Source of the DNA: Alphaproteobacteria bacterium
Lineage (GTDB): Bacteria; Pseudomonadota; Alphaproteobacteria; Rs-D84
Direction: 5' to 3'
Assembly: GCA_031549365.1 (NCBI GenBank)
Contig: JAVBPX010000014.1
Coordinates: 1-53,083 of the forward strand
DNA: 53,083 bases
This document shows positions 38,491 through 46,983 of this stretch, one piece after another; position 1 is the stretch's first letter, and each line of letters starts with the position of its first letter. Under the pieces are notes generated by a model, which worked only from the letters and a program-made list of their open reading frames with translations, had not been told where the DNA came from and did not search any database. Position numbers and translations under genes: made by a program.

Positions 38491-38600
38491 TGATACGGTG
38501 GGTTCTTTTTATTTTTTCAGCGGGCGGAGTGTATTCGACATACATGACCCCGCGAAAAAATGAAAAAACGCGCCGTAGCGCGCATTTTCAAATGTTTTAT
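38470..38600. repeat. Long imperfect palindrome (3'-end hairpin family), overlaps the infC stop codon
   Basis: Outer arms ataaaacattt-c-aaaat / atttt-c-aaatgttttat; apex tgtat-tcgac-ataca. Confidence 0.78.
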
Positions 38601-39148
38601 TTCTTGCTGGGTGCAATCATCATCCCAATATTCCTACCATTCGCTTTTGCTTCCTGCTCTACAATAATTTTATCACCCATATCTGCAATAATTCTGTCAA
38701 ATACGTTTGATACTTTATCTTTGTTTTGCATATCACGGAAACGTCCACGAACAACAACTTTAACTTTATCGCCATCTTCTATAAATTCGATTAACTTACG
38801 CATTTTCACTTGAAAATCATGCTCTTCGATAACAGGCCGAAATTGCAATTCTTTGATTTCAACAACTTTTGCATTTTTCTTTGCTTCAACAGCTTTCTTT
38901 TTCTGCTCATATTTAAATTTGCCGTAATCCATAATCTTCACAATCGGCGGCATTTGATCTCCATTCATCTCGACCAAATCCATCCCAGCATCTTCTGCCA
39001 TTTGCACGGCTTGAAAAATTGGAACCACGCCAATATTTTGACCATTTTCATCAATTAAATGTACGGAACGCGCATTAATTTCGCGATTAATCCGAGGCCC
39101 ATTATTTCTTTTCTGTGTATCCCTGTTTGGGGTCAATGTTGTTTTCAG
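38597..39148 (-). CDS. infC: Translation initiation factor IF-3 (non-AUG start)
   Basis: RINREI, DLVE, KIMDYGKFKYE, KELQFRP, GDKVKV. No in-frame ATG; a CTG lies 7 nt after AAGGAG. Confidence 0.95.
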   Translation of the reverse strand: MKTTLTPNRDTQKRNNGPRINREINARSVHLIDENGQNIGVVPIFQAVQMAEDAGMDLVEMNGDQMPPIVKIMDYGKFKYEQKKKAVEAKKNAKVVEIKELQFRPVIEEHDFQVKMRKLIEFIEDGDKVKVVVRGRFRDMQNKDKVSNVFDRIIADMGDKIIVEQEAKANGRNIGMMIAPSKK

Positions 39149-39347
39149 ACGAACACTCCTTGGTTAATTAATCCATCCAACCCTGGAATTATAGGAAATT
39201 CCCACAAAAAAAGCAAGAATTTTCCCCACCCTCCTAAACACACATCTTTGTCCTACCGGCATGGGCCGGCATACAGTCTAATTAATCTCGACGCAATGCG
39301 ACACAATATAATTGCAATTCGACTAAACATATCCTAAACTGAATCGC

Positions 39348-41036
39348 ATGACTGATCATAAAACTTTTCGCGAAGACCTCCGTTCCCGCCTGTCAATTGT
39401 TGACGTGGTATCCAAACGCGTACCTTTGAAATTACGGGGCAAGGATTTCTGGGGCTGTTGCCCATTCCATAACGAAAAAACCGCCTCATTTTCCGTGAAC
39501 GAGGATAAAGGTTTCTATCACTGTTTTGGCTGTGGCGCCCACGGCGATATTATAAACTTTGAAACAAACGCGAATAATCTCTCGTACCTGGAAGCAATCG
39601 AAAAACTGGCCGCCATGGCGGGCATCCCTGTTCCACAATGGAAACCTATTGATCCAGTTCAACAGGAACGTGCTTTGACCTACCTAAAAATAATGAATTC
39701 CGCCTCGGAATTGTTCAGCCGTATTTTATATACGCCCGATGGCCGCCCGGGCCTGGATTATCTACGCGAACGCGGATTTTCGGACGAAATCATCCGTCAA
39801 TTTCGAATTGGATACGCACCACATGGCAGCGTTCTAACCCAAAGCCTTAAAAATTTCTCGGACGCCGATTTATACGCATCACAATTAATCCGGAAATCAA
39901 ATAATGGCCCTGGAAATTATGATTTTTTCCGCAACCGCATAATGTTTCCGATAACGGATGAAAACGATCGAGTAATTGCCTTTTCTGGTCGTGCCATGAA
40001 CCCGGACGAGCCAAAATATGTAAATATCGCAGAAACAGAATTTTTCCATAAACGCCGGACATTATACGGCTTGGCCTCTGCCAAACCGGCCATTCGTTCT
40101 CGCGGCCGCGCCATCGTGGTCGAGGGTCAAATCGACACCATCATGCTCCAAAACGCGGGCTTTGGCGAAACGGTCGCACCACTTGGGACCGCATTAACAT
40201 CGGATCATTTATCACGCATTTTGAAATTAACAAAACAAATTATTTTTTGCTTTGATGGGGACATTGCTGGGCAAAAGGCCGCTGCCAGATCCCTGGACAT
40301 CATTCTGCCAATGTTAACATCGGATCATAAAATTTCGATTATGTTATTGCCAAACAAATCCGACCCGGATGAAATTATTCGTCGCGAGGGGCCGGCCGGA
40401 TTCGAATTCTTACTATCCCGCGCAACAAATTTAACGGATTATATCTGGGCACTTGCAAATCAAACATACCCATCATCTGGCCCATCTGGCCGCGCGCAAA
40501 TCGAAAAATACCTGGTCGGTCAAACAAATTTAATTCGCGATGAAATTTTAAAAAAACATATTAATTCCACATTTAAAAATTTGATGTTTGAAAACTGGGG
40601 CCACCGCGCTCAACAAAACAAACCAGCGCCAAAACTACACGTTCCAAACGCTGCCAGCGGCGATGAAAAAATGTTAACTGCTATCATCCTGACCCATCCG
40701 GATTTATTGGATTTGCACTTGGAATTTTTGGCTGGATTTAAAATCACAAACCCAACCATCCAAAAAATTTATATGGCAGCCCTGGCGCGAACTGACGCCA
40801 ACACAAAACCGATTGAATCGGAAATGTTGCGCGCCCAATCTATGACATCGCATTCGGCAAATAAAACAATTATGTACCTGCAAATGCAAAACCATTTGAA
40901 CGCATTAATTGAACAACGTAAAAATATAATTGAAATGCGCCTTGCATCTGATTCTGACGAATTAAAAAACGCCCAAAGCGCGGTAAATGATGAAATCGAA
41001 TCAATTCAGCAAAAATTGGATCGTTTCGACGACTAA
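39348..41036 (+). CDS. dnaG: DNA primase
   Basis: CPFHNEKT..CFGC zinc finger, FRNRIMFPI, PKYVN, VEGQID, FDGD, DPD. Confidence 0.96.
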   Translation: MTDHKTFREDLRSRLSIVDVVSKRVPLKLRGKDFWGCCPFHNEKTASFSVNEDKGFYHCFGCGAHGDIINFETNANNLSYLEAIEKLAAMAGIPVPQWKPIDPVQQERALTYLKIMNSASELFSRILYTPDGRPGLDYLRERGFSDEIIRQFRIGYAPHGSVLTQSLKNFSDADLYASQLIRKSNNGPGNYDFFRNRIMFPITDENDRVIAFSGRAMNPDEPKYVNIAETEFFHKRRTLYGLASAKPAIRSRGRAIVVEGQIDTIMLQNAGFGETVAPLGTALTSDHLSRILKLTKQIIFCFDGDIAGQKAAARSLDIILPMLTSDHKISIMLLPNKSDPDEIIRREGPAGFEFLLSRATNLTDYIWALANQTYPSSGPSGRAQIEKYLVGQTNLIRDEILKKHINSTFKNLMFENWGHRAQQNKPAPKLHVPNAASGDEKMLTAIILTHPDLLDLHLEFLAGFKITNPTIQKIYMAALARTDANTKPIESEMLRAQSMTSHSANKTIMYLQMQNHLNALIEQRKNIIEMRLASDSDELKNAQSAVNDEIESIQQKLDRFDD

Positions 41037-41155
41037 CCTTTAAACATTTTCACCGATATAAATTGCCCTCAAAAACAAATTTTGCCCGGCAATAATTTAT
41101 CCGTTAAAATCTATTAAAACTTATGATATAATTGACTGGTAACAATGGAAAAACC

Positions 41156-41434
41156 ATGAAATATCCACTTGATTTCATTTCTCTGGTAAAACAAACATAT
41201 CCAACTGTTGCTGGACTTCACCATTCCTTGGACTCTGGCGACCCGGATGTTGGCAAATACCTTGAATCACTCACACCCTCGGGCATCCGCCCTGACCAGG
41301 CATTGTCCGCAACATCCCTGGACCAAATAAAAACACTTGCGAACGACATCAAGGCCAAACAAAATGTTTACGCAAAATGGATACTTATAAATCACGCACA
41401 AAACGCCATTGCACTAAAAAAATCTCGCACCTAA
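41156..41434 (+). CDS. Hypothetical protein
   Basis: Open 92 codons with host-like codon use, own promoter-like TATAAT and downstream terminator. Confidence 0.65.
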   Translation: MKYPLDFISLVKQTYPTVAGLHHSLDSGDPDVGKYLESLTPSGIRPDQALSATSLDQIKTLANDIKAKQNVYAKWILINHAQNAIALKKSRT

Positions 41435-41490
41435 ACGCGTTCAACAACAAATCCTCACATACAAAACATCACTAACTGCGTTGCTTTATT

Positions 41491-41530
41491 AAAATTAAAA
41501 ATGCTGTCTTTCGACAGCATTTTTAATTTT
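41491..41530. terminator. Bidirectional terminator abutting the tRNA-Leu 3' end
   Basis: aaaattaaaaatgctgtc-tttc-gacagcatttttaatttt, an 18-bp stem. Confidence 0.85.
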
Positions 41531-41616
41531 GGTGGGTAAGGAGGGACTCGAACCCTCATGAGCTTGCGCTCGGCAGATTTTGAGTCTGCTACGTCTACCA
41601 GTTCCATCACTCACCC
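41530..41616 (-). tRNA. tRNA-Leu(CAA)
   Basis: GGGTGAG acceptor, GCAGA-CTCAAAA-TCTGC anticodon arm, long variable arm, GGTTCGAGTCC, CCA end. Confidence 0.96.
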
Positions 41617-41697
41617 AGATAACGTACGCACATTCTATCAATTATTATATAGAAATCAAGAAAAAATATTCAACCCCAACAAAAAATTATAGAAAAC

Positions 41698-42120
41698 CTA
41701 TTTTGGATAAACAATCTCAATTTCGCGCGAATCCTCGCTCGGCGCGGTAATTTTAACCCAAATCGTCCGCGTTGGATTCAAAAATTCACGCGCAATTTCT
41801 GGCCATTCAATTAATGTAATACCATTTTGAACCGCATCTTCCAAACCAATTTCAACCAATTCACTCTTGTCTTCTACTCGATATAAATCAAAATGATAAA
41901 TCGGCCCTTTTTTGGAATCATACGTCTGAACAATTGTGAACGTAGGCGAAGGAACCACAACATCCCCCCCCGATAACGCCTGAATAATCCTGCGTGATAA
42001 TTCGGTCTTACCCATACCTAAATCTCCCTGTAACGCAATTGTAATGGGTGCCGCCAATTCATTTGCGAATCTCTCTGCAAACAAACGTAATTCTTCCAAA
42101 GATTTAACCCTAACCACCAT
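41698..42120 (-). CDS. tsaE: tRNA threonylcarbamoyladenosine biosynthesis ATPase TsaE
   Basis: GDLGMGKT, PSPTFTIVQ.Y, HFDLYR, IEWPE. Confidence 0.95.
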   Translation of the reverse strand: MVVRVKSLEELRLFAERFANELAAPITIALQGDLGMGKTELSRRIIQALSGGDVVVPSPTFTIVQTYDSKKGPIYHFDLYRVEDKSELVEIGLEDAVQNGITLIEWPEIAREFLNPTRTIWVKITAPSEDSREIEIVYPK

Positions 42121-42137
42121 AAAACTCCTATGCAAAA

Positions 42138-42812
42138 TCAGCTTCTTGTATTATTTTTTCTCTTTTCAAAAATTCGTCCAGCCGCCATTATCGCATTATA
42201 ATGCTCTGGGGACAGAACATACGTTGGCCTAATCCCTGTTAACTTTTCAAATTCGTCATATTCAGCATTCTCAATTTTTACCTGTTCTGGCGTTGGATAC
42301 GGTCTATTTATAAAATATTTAATATCCTCTGGCGCAAATCCGTAAGCCGCCCCAGACAACAAACTCAACTTCGGCCAAATTTCTAAAACCTTATCACCGC
42401 GTTTAACCGTTGTTACAATCTTACGCAACTCGGGATTCAAAGCCTTTACTTTCGCGGCCTCCAAGACTATTAAATTATCATTATTTTCCTGGCGTTTTTT
42501 TATAAACGATAATAATTCGGCCTTCTCATCGCCATTTAATGCTTCCGTATATTTTTCAAACATTTCCGCATCACTATTTTCATCAAAAACATAATAAAAA
42601 ACTAACTCATCCACTTCGGCCTCATAATCCTCAGGCGACATATTATTCGGCAATTTATAATCATAATACAACTTCACAGGCGGAATGATACCCGCTTTCT
42701 TTAATTTTTCATCTAAATCTTTGGACGAAGAACTATACCCATACTGCAATTGACTGGTAACAACAATCAACATTTTCAGAGCATCTTGAATTTTCTCACT
42801 TAAATTTTTCAT
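42138..42812 (-). CDS. Hypothetical protein
   Basis: Open 224 codons; GAAYGFAPEDIKYF segment; basic C-terminus. Confidence 0.7.
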   Translation of the reverse strand: MKNLSEKIQDALKMLIVVTSQLQYGYSSSSKDLDEKLKKAGIIPPVKLYYDYKLPNNMSPEDYEAEVDELVFYYVFDENSDAEMFEKYTEALNGDEKAELLSFIKKRQENNDNLIVLEAAKVKALNPELRKIVTTVKRGDKVLEIWPKLSLLSGAAYGFAPEDIKYFINRPYPTPEQVKIENAEYDEFEKLTGIRPTYVLSPEHYNAIMAAGRIFEKRKNNTRS

Positions 42813-42835
42813 AACCACCCATCCTGAATTTAAAA

Positions 42836-42965
42836 CCATTATTATAAAAACATTCTAAATAATTGTGCTTTTGATATTTATTTCAACGCGCAAAACACAT
42901 TCGACATACATGACCCCGCGAAAAAACAAACAATGCAACAGCATGATGCGTTTTCATAACAATGG
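42836..42965. repeat. Decayed long palindrome (3'-end hairpin family) downstream of tRNA-Thr
   Basis: Shares ttcgacatacatgaccccgcgaaaaaa exactly with the infC copy; outer arms ccatt..aaaac / gtttt..aatgg. Confidence 0.65.
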
Positions 42966-42992
42966 CCAGCCACACAAAACTTTGGCGAAGTG

Positions 42993-43068
42993 TGGTGCCG
43001 GTAACAGGATTCGAACCTACGACCCCCTCATTACGAATGAGGTGCTCTACCAACTGAGCTATACCGGC
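42993..43068 (-). tRNA. tRNA-Thr(CGT)
   Basis: GCCGGTA acceptor, AGCTCAGTTGGTAGAGC D-arm, CCTCA-TTCGTAA-TGAGG anticodon arm, GGTTCGAATCC, CCA end. Confidence 0.96.
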
Positions 43069-43263
43069 AAACCAATACCAACAATCTTAACCGCGCAACC
43101 GCCCGCACGCAAGCAAAATTTAAATTTTCCCCTATTCTAAACCAACGTCAAGATATCATTCCCATTACGCCATCCCTCAAAATCATAACTCCACACCCGA
43201 CAACAAACAAAATTATGATTTTATTCAGGATTACGTTTGAACGAATCGTAAAAATATGGTAAA

Positions 43264-43815
43264 ATGGTCGGGATGTTAAAGAATTCCGCTACTTACACAC
43301 CAACGAACGCAATTTATTGGCCAAAAACAATGGCCCATGATGCCACATACAATACAATTATAAAAAACGTTTATAACCGAACCGATGACGACTTTCCGGT
43401 TTTGTTTATCGACAAACTATCGGACGTCCAAAATTTATTCCAAAAACATCCAAATATTACCCTATACGTGCCGGTTTTTTCAAATTCCCGCGGTTGGTGG
43501 TCCAGTCTGCTGCCCAACGACCAAAAAACCACACCGCAAATCTCGGAAAAAATGATAATTACTCCGGACTGCCAATTATTCGTAATTAAAAATTTCAAAA
43601 CGGACGCGAAATCCCCCCTAATGGCCGGCGAAGTGCGACCCAGCAGTACATTTTTCAACGAACTCCCCCCTGCAACAGCCACAGTTCGCGATATGATCGC
43701 AACTGATTCTGGCACAGTATTAACATTGTTCCACGGCCTAAACCCACGTAAACTAATAAAAACCCTGACTGATACGGGCAACCGATATCATGGCATCCTG
43801 GGCTCCGACCTCTAA
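43264..43815 (+). CDS. Hypothetical protein
   Basis: Open 183 codons; start uncertain (possibly 43330). Confidence 0.6.
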   Translation: MVGMLKNSATYTPTNAIYWPKTMAHDATYNTIIKNVYNRTDDDFPVLFIDKLSDVQNLFQKHPNITLYVPVFSNSRGWWSSLLPNDQKTTPQISEKMIITPDCQLFVIKNFKTDAKSPLMAGEVRPSSTFFNELPPATATVRDMIATDSGTVLTLFHGLNPRKLIKTLTDTGNRYHGILGSDL

Positions 43816-43911
43816 ATCCCAACAAATACAATAAAAATAAACCGCACCAAATATGCCGGTTATTTAATTTTTTAACCACGCGTCACAGTAACATATATAA
43901 TCGCGTCAAAA

Positions 43912-43943
43912 TCGGATACTTCCCTAATACCGCGAAAGTCGAA
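43912..43943. repeat. 32-bp direct repeat of a segment near the M23 gene 3' end (44087-44118)
   Basis: tcggatacttccctaataccgcgaaagtcgaa occurs twice, identically. Confidence 0.9.
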
Positions 43944-44048
43944 ACCGACCCCCGATTAATTTAAATTATGAATGGAAATGAAATAATTTTAATGATTCGC
44001 GGTCGTTACCGACGGGCAAACAAAACACCGTCGAAAATACATCATTCA
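43938..44048. repeat. Dispersed hairpin element, inverted homolog of 15859-15991
   Basis: ccgacccc..tgaatgg..ggtcgttaccgac..gtcgaaaat..cattca. Confidence 0.72.
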
Positions 44049-44054
44049 GAGTTC

Positions 44055-45365
44055 TTAAAACTTACCCGGCAACTGAACAAACAACTTCGGATACTTCCCT
44101 AATACCGCGAAAGTCGAATCCATCGCAGACCTCATAGCTATAAAATCTTTCTTCTCGGAATCGCTCAAACTGTCGATTGACGGCAATTTAACTGTTAATG
44201 GATTAACTTTTTCGCCATTTCGTATAATTTCATAATGCAAATGCGGCCCGCTGGATAATCCGGTCGATCCGACATAGCCAATAATTTGTCCCTGCTTAAC
44301 ATACGATCCAACACCAACGCCTTTTTGAAAACGGCTCATGTGGGCATATAATGTTGCATACGTTGCATTGTGCTGAATCTTTACATAATTACCATACCCG
44401 GAACCATACCGACGTTCGACAACACGCCCTGAACCACCGGCTGGAATTGGTGTGCCAGTCCCGGCACGGAAATCAACTCCGCGATGCGCACGCGTATATC
44501 CCAAAACCGGATGCTTACGACTTAAATTAAATGATGATGAAACCCTGGCATTATTAATAGGCGTTCTTTTTAATGATTTTGTTGCGCCCATACCATTGGC
44601 ATCATAATACCCAATTGTTCCCTTGGAATTTTTGTAACGATACATTTGCAAATGTCCACGGGCATGAAATTCAGTAAACACCACGGCCCCAGTACTTACA
44701 AATTCACCATCTTTGTTATAATGTTCTTCGTACATAACGGCAAACTTTTGCCCAACCCTAACATCACGTTCAAAGTCAATATCAAAACTGAACAAATCAT
44801 ACATTTCTGCCAAAATATTTGTCGGAATATTTGCGCGCATTCCGGCCAAATAAAATGAATCTCCGTCCATAATTTCACCGTCTTTGCGAACAACCCGAAC
44901 GTCTTTTTCCAATTGCACTGAATTTAAAATCCATTCGCCCTTGTCGCCCTTTTGAACAATAATCTGTTCCCAAGGCCCAGACGCAATTAATAATTTTTCT
45001 AAATATTTGGAATTCGGATCTCGATTATTCATTGTAACGGTAATTGTATCAGCACCTGCCCGTAAATAATTTTTGTTCCCCTGTTTTTTTAATAATTTAT
45101 CAATTTCATTAATATCAACGCCCGACACGCCAACACCGGACAACAAAGTGGACAGAGTATCACCATTTTTAACCATCATCTGTGTTTCAACAAAATAACT
45201 GGGTGTAAACACAGGCACCACAGTCTTGTGAATTACAAACAATGGTATAAACCCAACAATAATACCAACCAAAATCGAAATTGCTACTTGACGCTTCCAG
45301 GACAAACGTCGAAACCAAGCATAGGGCTTTTTCGCCCGCGCCAAATGTCGTGTTAATTTTTTCAT
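44055..45365 (-). CDS. M23-family peptidoglycan DD-endopeptidase (MepM-like)
   Basis: N-terminal TM, LysM-like VKNGDTLSTLL, HRGVDF (HxxxD), YAHM, GPHLHYE. Confidence 0.92.
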   Translation of the reverse strand: MKKLTRHLARAKKPYAWFRRLSWKRQVAISILVGIIVGFIPLFVIHKTVVPVFTPSYFVETQMMVKNGDTLSTLLSGVGVSGVDINEIDKLLKKQGNKNYLRAGADTITVTMNNRDPNSKYLEKLLIASGPWEQIIVQKGDKGEWILNSVQLEKDVRVVRKDGEIMDGDSFYLAGMRANIPTNILAEMYDLFSFDIDFERDVRVGQKFAVMYEEHYNKDGEFVSTGAVVFTEFHARGHLQMYRYKNSKGTIGYYDANGMGATKSLKRTPINNARVSSSFNLSRKHPVLGYTRAHRGVDFRAGTGTPIPAGGSGRVVERRYGSGYGNYVKIQHNATYATLYAHMSRFQKGVGVGSYVKQGQIIGYVGSTGLSSGPHLHYEIIRNGEKVNPLTVKLPSIDSLSDSEKKDFIAMRSAMDSTFAVLGKYPKLFVQLPGKF

Positions 45366-45487
45366 AACCGTAATTTTAACACCTTTCTTAACCACATGTC
45401 AACCATGCACATTTATTCAAAAATCGCTTGACAAAATAAACCTTTCCAATAACATACATGCATATAAACCTAATAAATGGATTTTGC

Positions 45488-46951
45488 ATGACAATAAACA
45501 ACGCACACGATTTTCAAACGAAACTAGCCGCCGAAGTAAACAGCTTCACAAAAATTGCTTCAACTTCTCATGCTATTTCATTTTTGCTATCATTAGATTC
45601 TGTTAAAAACTTTTTAAAGTCAAAACGAGTATCCGAACAAGAAATTGCTAAAATCAACACAGAATGGAACAAAATCAAATCACGCCGAACCAAACAATCA
45701 TCCCATGAAACAAAAATTGATGAAAATGTTGTGGCGATATCACACTCCGCAGAATTTAAATACCCAAACGATAGATTATCATATCAAATTCGATTGTTGC
45801 GTGATTTGCTTATAACAAACTATTTTTCTGAAAATAACGGAGTTATTTCGACAATACCGACGATGCAGCATTTATGGAACTCTGGCATACAACCAGACCG
45901 GCTATTCCCAAAGGAATTTAATATTGCCAAACTAAACTTTGAAATGTCCAAAGAGGAAAACGGCATCCCCTCATCAATCGGCAACAAGCTAATTTCAAAA
46001 ATCAAACGTAACGAGGATGAAAAACTATTAAACCTTTTACCTGCACTCCAATCCCGCATTTTTGGCCAAGATTCTGCAATTAAAACCATCGCGGACAAAA
46101 TCATTGTATCAACCATAATCAAAAACAATTCTTTTGGTCCAATGGCATCAATGCTTTTCGTCGGCCCAACGGGAACCGGAAAAACGGAAACAGCCCGCAC
46201 TCTCTCGGAAACACTTGATCGTCCAATAATAACATTTGATATGCACGCATACGACACATTTGATTCATCATATATTTTATTTGGTGCAACACCTGGCTCT
46301 TCTGGCTATGAAAACGGCGGAATATTAACTGAAAATATTGCAAAACAACCAAACGCTATAATTGTATTTGATAATATTGATCGGGCGCATAAAAAAATCC
46401 AAGAAAACTTGCTACAAATCCTTGACTCTGGGTCCACTCGCACTAACAAAGGCGCTGATATATCATTTCAAAACACAATCATCATCGCCACATCAAATAC
46501 TCTTGAAAAAAACAAAAGCGTCGTTGGATACAAAACCTCTACCAATGAAAAAGAACCATCCTACAAAGTATTAAAACCAGAAATCTTATCCCGTTTCGGA
46601 GAACCAATAAAATTTAACAAATTGGAAAAAATTCATTACCAAGACATCTTGGAATATAACATAAACCAAATGAATGAACAATTAATGTTTGATTATGGAC
46701 TAAGCATTTTAGTAACAGACGAAGTGTCCAACAAATTATTAAATACGGTTTCGGAAAAATCCGGGGCGCGTCAAATCCAACAAATTTTCAACGAAAACAT
46801 TGCGATAAATGCATCTCGATACATCTTATCTGGCTATAAAACCAAAAATATGGTTGCCCTAATAACAGAAATCGATCAAAACAAAATCGCAAAATTTCAA
46901 TTATATACATCCGCACAATTCAAACAATTAATATCAGACCAAGGCAAATAA
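45488..46951 (+). CDS. Single-ring Clp-type AAA+ protein (ClpA/B D2-like), degenerate Walker B
   Basis: IFGQ, GPTGTGKTE, IVFDNIDRAH, LLQILDSG, TSN, PEILSRF, GARQ. Confidence 0.85.
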   Translation: MTINNAHDFQTKLAAEVNSFTKIASTSHAISFLLSLDSVKNFLKSKRVSEQEIAKINTEWNKIKSRRTKQSSHETKIDENVVAISHSAEFKYPNDRLSYQIRLLRDLLITNYFSENNGVISTIPTMQHLWNSGIQPDRLFPKEFNIAKLNFEMSKEENGIPSSIGNKLISKIKRNEDEKLLNLLPALQSRIFGQDSAIKTIADKIIVSTIIKNNSFGPMASMLFVGPTGTGKTETARTLSETLDRPIITFDMHAYDTFDSSYILFGATPGSSGYENGGILTENIAKQPNAIIVFDNIDRAHKKIQENLLQILDSGSTRTNKGADISFQNTIIIATSNTLEKNKSVVGYKTSTNEKEPSYKVLKPEILSRFGEPIKFNKLEKIHYQDILEYNINQMNEQLMFDYGLSILVTDEVSNKLLNTVSEKSGARQIQQIFNENIAINASRYILSGYKTKNMVALITEIDQNKIAKFQLYTSAQFKQLISDQGK

Positions 46952-46983
46952 TTAAAAATAAGACTACAAAATTGGAAACAAAA

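Noticed and set aside
41530-43068. tRNA-anchored genomic island
   Set aside because: No integrase and no duplicated tRNA 3' end seen.
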